Part shown: piece by piece, positions 18,530-31,148 of the stretch
Layout of the letters: each line of letters starts with the position of its first letter
How positions within the stretch are numbered: position 1 is the stretch's first letter
Assembly: GCA_964567555.1 (NCBI GenBank)
Contig: CAZMNA010000003.1
Location: 18,882-82,881, forward strand
Reading direction: 5' to 3'
Source of the DNA: an uncultured Candidatus Saccharibacteria bacterium
Lineage (GTDB): Bacteria; Patescibacteriota; Saccharimonadia; Saccharimonadales; UBA10212
DNA length: 64,000 bases
Notes under the pieces: generated by a model
The model's input: only the letters and a program-made list of their open reading frames with translations
Told to the model about the DNA's origin: nothing
Database searches by the model: none
Made by a program: the position numbers and the translations under genes

Positions 18530-19195
18530 TTATCTTTTGGCTAGTTCTTCTAGCTTCTCTGGGCTGGGCACGATAATTTTTTTGCCTGTCTTGATAAGTT
18601 TCTCTTTTTTGAGCTTAGCCATGGAAGTCGATACAGTTTCTCGTGTAAGACTCAAGATGTCAGCCAAGTCTTGATGTGTGAATGGCGTCAGGATCTCGGT
18701 GCCGACCGCCCTCCTATAGCCAAACCGCCTAGCATAATATGCCAACTGGTGAGCTAGCCGTTTATATGAGTTTTTCATTGATATGTTTTCTAGCCCCTGG
18801 GTAGCTGATGTCATGCGTTTGCCAGCTTCGCTTAACAGATCTTTATATACGAGTGGGTTTTTATTGGCATACTCAGCCAGTTCCCGAACATCCAAAGCGT
18901 ATACGGTAGCGTCTGTCAGAGCTTCATAATAGTAGGTTTCGTTACTATCGAGTCTCTGGCGTCTATATAGAGCAGTAAAAATTAGCGTCATAGAAAAAAC
19001 ATCGTCTGGGCCATAAATTAAATCGACGCTCAAAGAACCATCGTTTTTTATCAAATACCTTTTTATATAACCCGTCTGTATGAGGTTGAAGGCAGTCGGG
19101 TCCTCAGTGGTCTGGATAATCTGGCCCTTATCATATTTTAATAAGCGGCCCTTGCTCTCCATGAATAAGTGCAACTTACTGTTTCGCTCATTCAC
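18530..19195 (-). CDS. Crp/Fnr-family transcriptional regulator
   Basis: N-terminal cNMP-binding beta-roll and C-terminal HTH (HQDLADILSLTRETVSTSMAKL). Confidence 0.8.
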   Translation of the reverse strand: MNERNSKLHLFMESKGRLLKYDKGQIIQTTEDPTAFNLIQTGYIKRYLIKNDGSLSVDLIYGPDDVFSMTLIFTALYRRQRLDSNETYYYEALTDATVYALDVRELAEYANKNPLVYKDLLSEAGKRMTSATQGLENISMKNSYKRLAHQLAYYARRFGYRRAVGTEILTPFTHQDLADILSLTRETVSTSMAKLKKEKLIKTGKKIIVPSPEKLEELAKR

Positions 19196-19796
19196 GCCTT
19201 AAGAATAGCATAAGGTTTATACACTTGATATTACGGCGTAAAAATCGTCAAAGGGAGTGCTTGGAGTGACCTACTACGCCGCATGGCCATAATTGGCGTG
19301 AAGAGTTTTCAAAATCAGGCCCTAAGCCTGGCATGCCTTAGCTTGCGCCAGCGGCGTGCTTGTAGCCTTCTAGATCGCTCGTGCAGCCTAAGGTCTAGCA
19401 TGTCGAAGAACGGCTCATTGTTATCCAGCTCACTCACCGGTCTCGGCCGAGTGACTATGTAGTGGTCCCTCATGCTAAATTTTCTTAAGGCTGAATGACT
19501 TCTCATTGGTCCCCCAATCCTTTAATAATACTTTTACGGTAAGTGGAATATGTGTCAAAATCTGTAAGATTTGTTACAAAAAAGTTTGTTGTATGAAAAA
19601 TTACAGAAACTCTTTACTGCTTCGGTGTAAGCTGACTTGCGTAGGGGAGGAACGCTAAGTAGAAGTAACAAATAGCGCCCCTATCGGCGGAGCGAGGCGA
19701 ACAAGTAATGATGATGCCAGCGCCCCACCCGCCGTTAAAAGCATCTGGCGGCAAGCAAATCTAAGTCGGGCTCTTGGCCTGGTTCCGGAGGTAAGC

Positions 19797-20408
19797 ATGG
19801 AAGACTACTCGGTGAGTGCATCCATAGACATGGTTCAAGCGCTTAAGAGGTTTCTGTACTTACAGCGGTATTCCATTCATCTCCCCAGCAGCCCACCGAG
19901 CCTGCACTTGCCGAACGCCGTAGCCGAACGCTTCTCGAGCCTCCGGCTTGATTATCCAACGGCCGATGCCAGTGGGGTGCCAGGAGAGAAAAGTGGTTCA
20001 ACGAAGCTCCTCAAGATGGCAGCCAAAGGGCACGACGTTTTGATTAGAGCTAACACAGTCTTTCCTTTCACGCTCTTTCCCGACACTGTAATTATTGATC
20101 GCGAGAAGCTAACCATAGTAAAGCGCCTTTTCTTCGCTACGGCTAAGATTATTAGCGTGCCAATAGCCGACATCCTTAGCGTGGAGGTCGATGTTGGTCC
20201 GTTCTTCGGGTCTATACATATTTCCAGCAGGTACTTCATAAGAAACCCCTACTCGGTTAATTATCTTGGGCGAAACTATGCCATTAAGCTGCAACGGCTG
20301 CTACAGGGCTACATTATTGCCCACGAGAGAAAAGTTGACTGCTCAGGAATGGGCAAAGAAGAGCTAAAAATTCTATTGGAAGATTTGGGTAAAGTCACTG
20401 CCGGCTAG
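19797..20408 (+). CDS. hypothetical protein (203 aa), paralog A of a duplicated island gene
   Basis: About 50% identical over ~150 aa to the 24063-24662 product (FPF.LFPDTV..DREKLTI..R.FF.TAKI.SVPI.DIL.VE.DVGPFFGS.H..SRYF). Confidence 0.55.
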   Translation: MEDYSVSASIDMVQALKRFLYLQRYSIHLPSSPPSLHLPNAVAERFSSLRLDYPTADASGVPGEKSGSTKLLKMAAKGHDVLIRANTVFPFTLFPDTVIIDREKLTIVKRLFFATAKIISVPIADILSVEVDVGPFFGSIHISSRYFIRNPYSVNYLGRNYAIKLQRLLQGYIIAHERKVDCSGMGKEELKILLEDLGKVTAG

Positions 20409-20497
20409 CCAGCAGTGTAGTTGGGTTGAGCCAAAAAAGAAGGTGGCAACGGCTCGTCTTTGGTGCTTTAGGTAAGTACTGCACTAGCCCGTGTCGG

Positions 20498-21544
20498 TTA
20501 AATTGGCTCAAGAACCGGCATAAGAGATGGCAAGAGTGGATTAGTCCCGACTTTTTCAATAACATCGCTCAGAACGCGCGTATCGCGCGTTAGCGCCAGT
20601 CTTACTATGTGCAAAATCATTGATTCGTGATTGAGCTTTAAGATTAAAGCGCATGACTTAGGAAAAGACCCATAACCAGCAATAAGGCTGGGCAGGAGGT
20701 TGGCTTCTAGAAAGTGCGGCGTACCGTCTTCATCCAACCTGATATCAATGCGGCCATAGTCGCGGGCGCCGAGCGCATTAAAAACGTTTTGTGCTAAGGC
20801 GCCAACTTTATGTTTTATGGCTGGATCGGCAATTTCTATAGCCAACTCGCTATTTGATGATTTAACTTCCTCACTTAAAAGGCGGGCCCCGAACGCATTT
20901 GCCTGGGCAATCAGCTCAAGGGGCATGATTATAAGCTCCTCTGAGAGATTGTCTTTTAATATGGCTACACTAAATTCGCGGCCAGGCAGGTATTCTTCTA
21001 CTATAGAGTCCGATTTCAAATTTTTAGAGATCGCTTCTATCTTGGAACACAGCTCCCTAAAATTATTGACTACTGAGAAGCTATCAATCCCTAGGCCACC
21101 ACCTCTGTCTGCAGGTTTTACAAATAAGGGGAACTTCAAGCCCAAATTGCCGCTTGGGAGTGACCCTTGCTTTATAACGCAAAACGGGGAAGTCTTTAGG
21201 CCGGCACTGTGTACACGACGTTTGGCGGTTGGTTTTGAGAATTCCAGTTCGTGCGCTGGCGCGGCGGAGCCGGTGGATGGGATGCCAGCATTATCAAGCA
21301 GTTCGCTCAGCCAAATCTTTCTCGCACCGCCCTGGGAGGGCACAAATTTCATACCTAGAAATACTAGATCCGGCTTTAGGGCGACCAACTTCTGTAAGTC
21401 TTTGTCATTATTGACGGTGGTAATGCCAACCCGCGAATAATGTCTGGTTAAAACAGCGAATATAGCATCGCACGAGTCCTGACTCATTGAACTAAGCCGA
21501 ACCACGTTAGAGCGCACAATTTCAATGTGCTTGTTAATTTTCAT
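20498..21544 (-). CDS. ATP-grasp domain enzyme (D-Ala-D-Ala ligase-like)
   Basis: FPLFVKPADRGGGLGI ATP-binding region and GRIDIRLDEDGTPHFLEANLLPSL C-terminal ATP-grasp motif. Confidence 0.7.
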   Translation of the reverse strand: MKINKHIEIVRSNVVRLSSMSQDSCDAIFAVLTRHYSRVGITTVNNDKDLQKLVALKPDLVFLGMKFVPSQGGARKIWLSELLDNAGIPSTGSAAPAHELEFSKPTAKRRVHSAGLKTSPFCVIKQGSLPSGNLGLKFPLFVKPADRGGGLGIDSFSVVNNFRELCSKIEAISKNLKSDSIVEEYLPGREFSVAILKDNLSEELIIMPLELIAQANAFGARLLSEEVKSSNSELAIEIADPAIKHKVGALAQNVFNALGARDYGRIDIRLDEDGTPHFLEANLLPSLIAGYGSFPKSCALILKLNHESMILHIVRLALTRDTRVLSDVIEKVGTNPLLPSLMPVLEPI

Positions 21545-21619
21545 GAGCGCGCAACCGTTCTAGGGGCTCAAAATGTTAAGCCCCTTGTTTAACTATTGCT
21601 AAAGAAACTTCTAAAGTCC

Positions 21620-21907
21620 TTAGTAAGAGCGGCGGAAACCACCACCAGAGGGGCGGTCTTCTTTTGGTCGAGCCTGGTTGACCATCAACTTACGGCCGCC
21701 CAGTTCTTTTCCGTTAAGATTGGTGATAGCCTTTTGGGCTTCTTCGGCACTGGACATTTCAACGAAGCCAAAGCCTTTACTGCGGCCAGTGTCTCGGTCC
21801 ATGATGATGGCTACGCTCTCAACAGTTCCCTGTTGAGCGAATAGCTCCTCAAGTTCTTTCTCGGTCGTTTCGTAGGCAAGACCGCCTACATAAAGTTTAG
21901 TTGCCAT
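21620..21907 (-). CDS. RRM-type RNA-binding protein with a glycine/arginine tail
   Basis: RNP2 KLYVGGL and RNP1 KGFGFVEM motifs, then a C-terminal GGGFRR tail. Confidence 0.85.
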   Translation of the reverse strand: MATKLYVGGLAYETTEKELEELFAQQGTVESVAIIMDRDTGRSKGFGFVEMSSAEEAQKAITNLNGKELGGRKLMVNQARPKEDRPSGGGFRRSY

Positions 21908-22112
21908 GATTATTTATCCTTACTTTTAACTAATATCGCTCGCAGTTATATTTTTCTTACCGCGATGATAGTTAAGTTTTTTGGACTAGGCTAGTGACAA
22001 CGGTTAGTAGATAGTACTACTTGCTTAAGCTAAGTGTAACACAAAAACTAGTTTTATAATAGCTTGATCTACTTTTCAAGAACCGGTACTTGAGCCCAGG
22101 ATCCAGAACCGC

Positions 22113-22703
22113 CTAGCTGCTCTTTTTTCTATGGCCATAAGTAAATTTATATATAAGTTCTACGGCAATGCCAACAACTAGACCTGATAAGAACAGAAGG
22201 ATAGGAACAAAGAAATTGTATTTGTAGCCCAGATGACGGGTGTAGTACATATAAAGACCGCTGCCGATAAGCGCTACAATACCGCCGGATAAAATGGCAT
22301 ATGGTCTGGCCAAAGTCTTGGCGGTAAACTCGCTAATGCTACTGACTACAGGGTTATGAATAATCTTACTGTAGCGCCGTTCGGACGGGCTCAGGTTTCG
22401 ACGGATCGAACTCCATGTCTTAGTGATAGTATCGATTATCGGTGCAAGATCGGGCAAGGGGACATTTATTATCTTAGAAGCCGATTGGGCTGACTCGTCC
22501 AACTGATCGGCCTTTGGCTTATGGATTTCACCAATGCGCTCTCGCGTTTTCTCTATATTTAACGTCTCACTCTTAATATCTGTTTTTTTCTCGGCGTGTT
22601 TTGGTTCCTGCTCTGGAGTAGGGCTGGCTTCGTGAGCCTGAACATCTTGCTCAATATTCCTTGGCAATCTTTCACTCATTTTATTCAACCTCCTGGCCAC
22701 CAC
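22113..22703 (-). CDS. membrane protein (196 aa), two C-terminal TM helices
   Basis: Charged N-terminal half and a hydrophobic C-terminus. It overlaps the end of the upstream LPXTG gene. Confidence 0.5.
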   Translation of the reverse strand: MVARRLNKMSERLPRNIEQDVQAHEASPTPEQEPKHAEKKTDIKSETLNIEKTRERIGEIHKPKADQLDESAQSASKIINVPLPDLAPIIDTITKTWSSIRRNLSPSERRYSKIIHNPVVSSISEFTAKTLARPYAILSGGIVALIGSGLYMYYTRHLGYKYNFFVPILLFLSGLVVGIAVELIYKFTYGHRKKSS

Positions 22704-23925
22704 TGCTTAGTTCAAGCGCAAGTCGCGCCTCCTTAAGCTGCAGCCTGCGGTTAGAGTAAAAATATCCAGCTATAGCCGCGATAGCGGCGAAGGTGAATAT
22801 CGATGTTCCCGGGCCGGTGTTGGGCAGGGACGTAGCGGCATTCGCGATGACAACTTGGGCCGTCGGAGGTTGAACCTTTACGTTAATTATATCGCCAAAG
22901 ACATTGGTCATCTTGTAGTTGTAAGCATCGGGGTCGGAAAGGGACCTAGTTGTTGGCAAAGGATTATCAACCGTTACGCTAAATGTTCTTGTGACTGTTG
23001 CGCCCGGCTTAATATTAACTTTAGGGAAGCTCAAAAAGCCAGTTGATTTATCGTATGTGCCGCCACCCCTATTAGTTAGAACTGCATACTCCAAAATATC
23101 AGCAATATTATCCTGAATCACGAAGTTTGGCTGCTTGCGCTTACCGGTATTTTTAACTATTAGAGCGTACTTTAAGACATCGCCTGGCTTGGCGGTTGTA
23201 CCATTAGCATCGCTGTTATGGCGTTTCACGTAGACTACGGTTTTGTGGTAGGTCAGGCACGCCAGTGTGTAAAACTCGGAAGGTGAACCCTTACAGGGTC
23301 TGCACTTGGGACTTTTGGCGGGTATCTTGTCGTTATATGGGCAGGTTTTTGGCGGCGGAGGTCCCTTTGGAAGACCAATAGAGACTAAGTTGCCACAGGT
23401 AAATAACATCCAAAAAGTTTTGCCTTTAGAGCTGGTAAACTTTAGAGTCGTATAGGTAGAGGATTTGTGAGTATCCCAAGCGTGCAGTAGCCGCCAATAA
23501 ATTACTTCGCTGCCTATATTGACAGGGGTTTCGCTGGCGTACCCTTGAGGCAAGTGACCGGCTGAGTATAGCCTGCCGTTGTAGTCGCGCGAGTTTAAGG
23601 AGACTACTTTGCCTTTGGCAAGGTCAACACATTTTATGCTGTAGTAGTTTAGAACCCTATCAATCTTATTAGTATTTTTATCGCAGTCTTTAACCAGCTG
23701 CGATTTAGAGGTAACGCCGCCCGGTATAAGATCATTTTGGCTAGGCGCGGCGCTTGATTGGCTAGGTGCCAGGGCGGCAAAAACCTGCAAAACTAATGCA
23801 ACTAAAATCAATAGGACGCCGAGTCCCCGGATGAATCGCTCTTTAGAAACGCTTAGAGTAAACTCTCTGAGCCTTGCTGTATAACCCGGTGTTGATTTGT
23901 ATCTTGAAAGAATTTTGTCAAGCAT
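22681..23925 (-). CDS. LPXTG-type sortase-anchored surface protein (414 aa)
   Basis: N-terminal TM/signal, Cys/Pro/Lys-rich middle region, and C-terminal LPNTG plus hydrophobic stretch plus RR tail. Confidence 0.7.
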   Translation of the reverse strand: MLDKILSRYKSTPGYTARLREFTLSVSKERFIRGLGVLLILVALVLQVFAALAPSQSSAAPSQNDLIPGGVTSKSQLVKDCDKNTNKIDRVLNYYSIKCVDLAKGKVVSLNSRDYNGRLYSAGHLPQGYASETPVNIGSEVIYWRLLHAWDTHKSSTYTTLKFTSSKGKTFWMLFTCGNLVSIGLPKGPPPPKTCPYNDKIPAKSPKCRPCKGSPSEFYTLACLTYHKTVVYVKRHNSDANGTTAKPGDVLKYALIVKNTGKRKQPNFVIQDNIADILEYAVLTNRGGGTYDKSTGFLSFPKVNIKPGATVTRTFSVTVDNPLPTTRSLSDPDAYNYKMTNVFGDIINVKVQPPTAQVVIANAATSLPNTGPGTSIFTFAAIAAIAGYFYSNRRLQLKEARLALELSSGGQEVE

Positions 23926-24062
23926 GTTGGTTTGTTACGACATTCCAGCTTTAATTAAATCATAAGCGTGTTGGTTTGGCTAGGAATAAAAGCAAGTACT
24001 CTAGTGTAATATACCTTATACTTCAGGGCTCGTAGTGCGTGATATAATAAGAGTGCATAGGG

Positions 24063-24662
24063 ATGGAGGTGTCTATGAGCAACTACTTACTGGATACCTC
24101 TTTAGATGTTCCAAATATAAATCTGGTTTCGGCGCTCAGAAGAGCGCTTGTTTTATATAGAGCAAATAAAACAGCAGCCAAAAGAACGACTTTAGCTAGA
24201 ACAAAGGACGTTATTATGCGGGTGCCGAAGGTAGTACGTCTTGATAGGGGCTCCGAAAAATTAATCGGCATGGCGGTCCAATCGCACGATATTTTATTTA
24301 AGGCTAACACTGCATTCCCGTTTAATCTTTTCCCCGATACTGTAACGGTTGACCGGGAAAAGCTGACCATAGCCAACCGCATCTTTTTCTTAACAGCTAA
24401 AATTACCAGCGTGCCTATCCGAGACATATTGAACGTTGAGGCCGATGTGGGGCCGTTCTTTGGCTCTGTGCACCTGACTAGCCGCTATTTCTTCACCAAC
24501 CCCCGCTCAGTCAATTTCCTGCACCGTCATGACGCTTTAGATTTACAGCGGCTAGTGCAGGGCTACATTCTTGCCCACGAGCAGCACCTGGATTGTTCTA
24601 AAATGAACAAGGAACAGCTTGTAACTTTGCTTGAAGATTTAGGCAAGGGCGACACGGATTAA
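24063..24662 (+). CDS. hypothetical protein (199 aa), paralog B of the duplicated island gene
   Basis: See 19797-20408. Last gene before the atp operon. Confidence 0.55.
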   Translation: MEVSMSNYLLDTSLDVPNINLVSALRRALVLYRANKTAAKRTTLARTKDVIMRVPKVVRLDRGSEKLIGMAVQSHDILFKANTAFPFNLFPDTVTVDREKLTIANRIFFLTAKITSVPIRDILNVEADVGPFFGSVHLTSRYFFTNPRSVNFLHRHDALDLQRLVQGYILAHEQHLDCSKMNKEQLVTLLEDLGKGDTD

Positions 24663-24695
24663 AACATAAGAGACCGCGAAGGGGTTGCTTGTGAT

Positions 24696-25118
24696 TTATC
24701 TGTGGTGACGAGATTTAAGCTGGGCTAGGTGCAGGCGTACCTCATGGTGTACTTGGACGTGTCTGGCTTCATGCAAGGCCTCGCGGGATGCGGCGCCTTC
24801 CACTAAGGCGCGGGCGCGCTCCAAGCTTTTTTCAGCCTCGGCTTCGGACACTTCATCTGAGGTTGTGACTTCTTCCGTAACAAAGCGGGTCGTCTCGCCA
24901 TCGGTCTGGACCACACCGCCATAAACAGCAAAATGTTCCAAATCGCTGTCAGGATCACCTGATTTTTTTCTAATGCTCAAGATTCCCGGCTGGCCGGCAG
25001 AAATCAGCGGCATGTGGCCGGCCAAAATTGCAATCACCCCATCTTTAGTCGGCACCAAGACCTCATAGGCCTCGTTGTCATATTTCAGACCGTTTGCACC
25101 AACCAATTGGAAACGCAT
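24696..25118 (-). CDS. atpC: F0F1 ATP synthase subunit epsilon
   Basis: Its position after atpD and the typical epsilon N-terminal beta-sandwich sequence. Confidence 0.85.
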   Translation of the reverse strand: MRFQLVGANGLKYDNEAYEVLVPTKDGVIAILAGHMPLISAGQPGILSIRKKSGDPDSDLEHFAVYGGVVQTDGETTRFVTEEVTTSDEVSEAEAEKSLERARALVEGAASREALHEARHVQVHHEVRLHLAQLKSRHHR

Positions 25119-25119
25119 G

Positions 25120-27417
<2,298 letters not shown>

Positions 27418-27425
<8 letters not shown>

Positions 27426-28986
27426 TGGCGGTCTCCGTCTTCTTCTTATCTACTTTCTTGTACTGCTTGGCTATGTCTTGAGCTACTTTGATGACAGATT
27501 TTTTCAGTTCCTCAGTCGGCTTGTCAGCCTTTTGCAAATCTTTGACTAGTTTGGCGTGCTTTTGCTCCAGGTTAGTAAGCAGGGCGGACTGGGCAGCGCT
27601 GACACTCTCTATCGGCGTGCCATCAAAAGCTCCCTCGGTAGCGGCTAAAATGCTGGCGGTTTGAGCCCACACTGGCATAGGCGAATACTGCGGCTGCTTC
27701 AAAATTTCTGTTAGCAGGCGGCCACGTGTTAAGCGCGCTTGGGTCTCTGCGTCTAGGTCAGACGACAGTTGGGAGAAGGCAGCCAGCTCACGGTACTGAG
27801 CCAAGTTAAGCCGCAAGCTACCAGCCACAGCTTTGATGGCTGCCGGTTGGGCAGCACCACCGACGCGGCTGACGCTCAAACCGACGCTGACGGCCGGGCG
27901 GATACCTTGGTAGAACAAATCAGTTTCCAGATAAATCTGGCCGTCAGTGATGGATATAACGTTGGTTGGGATGTAGGCAGATACGTCACCAGCTTGAGTC
28001 TCAATGATGGGCAGGGCGGTTAGTGAGCCGCCACCTAAATCATCAGACAATTTGGCGGCCCGCTCCAGCAAACGGGAGTGCAGATAAAACACGTCGCCCG
28101 GGTAAGCCTCGCGGCCGGGCGGGCGGCGGAGCAGTAAACTCATCTCTCGGTAAGCCGTAGCGTGCTTGCTCAGGTCGTCATAGATGATCAGAGCGTGCTT
28201 ACCATTATCGCGGAAGTATTCACCCATCGCGCAGCCGGCGTACGGGGCAAGGTATTGCAAGCTGGCGGCATCAGCGGCGCTGGTTGCCACGATGATGGTA
28301 TTGTCCATGGTGCCTTCACGGCGTAAGCGCTCAATCAGACGGGCAATACGGGCATACTTTTGGCCGATGGCTACATAAATATTGATGATGCCGGTTCCCG
28401 CTTTGACCTGGTTAATCATAGCGTCCACAGCGATGGCGGTCTTGCCGGTCTGGCGGTCGCCAATAATTAACTCGCGTTGGCCGCGGCCGATAGGGATCAT
28501 AGCGTCAATCGCTGTTATACCGGTCGGCACCGGTTCATACACACTGCGGCGGGCAGCTACGCCCGGTGCAATCTTTTCAATATCACCACGGGCCTTGGTC
28601 TTAATCGGACCTTTGCCGTCAAGTGGTTCGCCTAGTGGGTTGACCACCCGGCCGAGCAGCTCAGGACCAACTGGAACACTCAGAATTTGGCCAGACAATC
28701 GAACCTTGGCGCCGGCCCGGACAAACTCATCCTCGCCCAGCAGCACGGCCCCAATTTCATCCTCCAGCAGGTTAAGGGCAAAAGCTGTTATCGTGCCGCC
28801 CTTGATAGATTCAATCTCAAGCATTTCGGCATAGCCGCAGGAGCGTAGGCCGTAAATCCAAGCTACACCGTCACCAACGCGGGTAACGACGCCGGCAGAC
28901 TTTTCTTCGCCGGAGTCGCGCAAATCGGCGACGGCGCGGCGGACGTCCTCGGCTAAATCTTTAACTTTGACGGGCAAATCAGACAT
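27418..28986 (-). CDS. atpA: F0F1 ATP synthase subunit alpha
   Basis: [10 protein letters not shown]-loop, full length. Confidence 0.95.
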
Positions 28987-29380
28987 CTATTCCTCCTTTA
29001 ATATCACTCAATCTGCGCTTGATAGTTTTATCCCAGACTTTTGTGGCCGTCTCTAGGCGGAAGCCGCCAATCAGATTTGGCTCAACCCGGCTTTTAACCA
29101 GCGCTTCGGCCGAATCGGTACGGTCTTTCGCCAGCTCTACCAAGGACTTAACTAGCTGTTTATCAAGAGCATGAGCAGACGAGATTTCAACTTGGGCCAA
29201 CTTGCCGCGGCTTTCCAGCTCAGACGAAATGTCGCTAATCAAAAGATCAGACTCCTTGGCGCGGCCGGACTCGATTAAGGCGGCAGCTAGTTTACGCGCC
29301 AGCGGCTTGATTGAAACGCCCTTGAGTAGTTGGGCGATGGCATAATTGGCCATTTCACGGCGTGATAGGCGGCGGCTCAT
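28979..29380 (-). CDS. atpH: F0F1 ATP synthase subunit delta (unusually short, 133 aa)
   Basis: C-terminal [12 protein letters not shown] delta/OSCP signature. The N-terminus is limited by the 4-nt overlap with atpF. Confidence 0.7.
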   Translation of the reverse strand: MSRRLSRREMANYAIAQLLKGVSIKPLARKLAAALIESGRAKESDLLISDISSELESRGKLAQVEISSAHALDKQLVKSLVELAKDRTDSAEALVKSRVEPNLIGGFRLETATKVWDKTIKRRLSDIKGGIDV

Positions 29381-29898
29381 CGTTCCAAGTCCTTAATGGT
29401 TCGTTTAATCAATTCCATATCAGCTTGGGCACTGACCTTTTGGCGCAGAACTTTCTCGGTCGTGTCAACTACCAGGCTAGTCAGCTCTTGCTTAAGTTCG
29501 GTGCTCAGACGATTCTTAACCTGCTCCAATTGAGCGTGGTTTTCGGCCAGCACGCGGTCTGCCTGCTCGCGGGCAGCGGCTTCAGCCTGAGCGACTACTT
29601 GCTTGGCTTCATCTTTTGCTTCACGCAAAACTTTATCGGCGTTTTCGCGGCCGGCTCCCAACAGTTGTTCGGCCTTAGCTTCGGCAGCCTCCAGCTTTTC
29701 CTTAGTGAGCTTAGCCTGCTCCAGGCTTTCTTCTAGGGTTTGGCGGCGCTGGCTCAGGGTCTTATTGATCGGCGGTAGAATCCACCGTTTGAAAATCAGC
29801 AATACCAAAACGAAAGTAATCAGCTGAAAGACGAGCGCCTTTAAACTGACCTGGAAGGCACCCAAACCACTACTGCCTGATTCAGCTAAATATAGCAA
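29377..29898 (-). CDS. atpF: F0F1 ATP synthase subunit b
   Basis: Single N-terminal TM helix then a long charged coiled coil. Confidence 0.85.
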   Translation of the reverse strand: MLYLAESGSSGLGAFQVSLKALVFQLITFVLVLLIFKRWILPPINKTLSQRRQTLEESLEQAKLTKEKLEAAEAKAEQLLGAGRENADKVLREAKDEAKQVVAQAEAAAREQADRVLAENHAQLEQVKNRLSTELKQELTSLVVDTTEKVLRQKVSAQADMELIKRTIKDLER

Positions 29899-29910
29899 GT
29901 TCCTCTACTC

Positions 29911-30135
29911 CTAACCGTGAGTTGTAAACAAAATTAGTAAGACGAAGGCAAAGTAAGCATCAACCAGACCAACCATGATCAGTGCCATGGTCATAATCTT
30001 GCCCTGGATCTCCGGGTTTCGGCCGACTGCGCTAACCACAGCTGAGCCAATCAAGCCTACGCCAACAGCCGGGCCAATGGCTCCAAGGCCGATAGTCAAA
30101 CCTTTAATTAATGATGGATCAATTTGTGTGGACAT
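29911..30135 (-). CDS. atpE: F0F1 ATP synthase subunit c
   Basis: Two-helix proteolipid with the GRNPE loop. Confidence 0.9.
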   Translation of the reverse strand: MSTQIDPSLIKGLTIGLGAIGPAVGVGLIGSAVVSAVGRNPEIQGKIMTMALIMVGLVDAYFAFVLLILFTTHG

Positions 30136-30172
30136 AAATTCTCCTTACTCTTAGTCCTTTCTTAAATAACAT

Positions 30173-30976
30173 TCAGCTTGTACCCTCCACACGGGCCGCT
30201 TGGCCGCCCGCGTGCTCGCTCTCCCCATGCGATGTTGACATTACTATATAAGAAGCGGTCAACATCATAAACAGGTAAGCTTGGATTAAAGATACAAAAA
30301 TCTCCAAAAGTATAACTGGCAAAGTCGCGACCCAGCCAAAATTGCCGGCTAAAGCGGCAATGGCAAACAGCAACGCTTCGCCGCCGTAAATAACACCAAA
30401 TAAACGCAGGGAAAGCGTAATGAGCCTTAAGATTTCACTAAAGACTTCGTTTAAGCCGATGAACCAGGTCAGCGGGCTTTTTAAATTGCCAGAGAAAAAG
30501 TGGCGGGCGTAACCTCGCAGGCCAACCTCTTTGACGGCGTAGTAGTGGACGGTGGCCAAAGAAAGAATTGCCAGCGCTAAGGTGGTATTAAGATCGGTGG
30601 TCCAGGAGCGCAGCAAAGAGACGTGGTGGTAAGAAATTGTATCAATCCCGGGCAACAGCCCGCTCAGATTTCCAAGCAGGATAAGCAGTAGCAAGCTAAT
30701 CAAAAGCGGGAAATGACGGCGAGCTCTTTTTTCATCACCGCCAAACGTATCGGTTGCCATGCCGTAGACCAGATCAATAAGGCTCTCTACAAAAAAGGCC
30801 AGCCGGCTTTTGGGCCAAACCTTGGAGGCTTTGGCGGCCGCACCAAAAAGCGCAATCAAAGATATAGCCGTAATCCAGCCCAGTAACATGGAATTGGTGA
30901 CCGTAAACGGCCCAATGCCAAATAACTTTTCTGGAGCCAATGGCTCTGCGGTAAAGGCAGCTAAAGCGGCTATCAT
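30173..30976 (-). CDS. atpB: F0F1 ATP synthase subunit a
   Basis: Conserved Arg in ..LSLRLFGVIYGGE.. and the C-terminal QAYLFMMLTA. Confidence 0.9.
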   Translation of the reverse strand: MIAALAAFTAEPLAPEKLFGIGPFTVTNSMLLGWITAISLIALFGAAAKASKVWPKSRLAFFVESLIDLVYGMATDTFGGDEKRARRHFPLLISLLLLILLGNLSGLLPGIDTISYHHVSLLRSWTTDLNTTLALAILSLATVHYYAVKEVGLRGYARHFFSGNLKSPLTWFIGLNEVFSEILRLITLSLRLFGVIYGGEALLFAIAALAGNFGWVATLPVILLEIFVSLIQAYLFMMLTASYIVMSTSHGESEHAGGQAARVEGTS

Positions 30977-31148
30977 AGGCAGGCCTCACTCACTAACCGA
31001 GTGACGGCTGGCGGGAGGTTCCCCGCGGTCGCTATTTTTGTCGCCCCACTTCTCATTCGCCGGTAATTATAGCAAGATTAACCCTTATAAACAATGATTT
31101 TTAACCTATAAAATTTTAAATTCAGCTTGGCCGGGTATAATAGTCTAA

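Noticed and set aside
19315-19506. 63-aa Arg-rich ORF on the minus strand
   Set aside because: Extremely basic low-complexity product with no RBS, likely spurious. The surrounding 19200-19796 region is better left as unannotated intergenic DNA.
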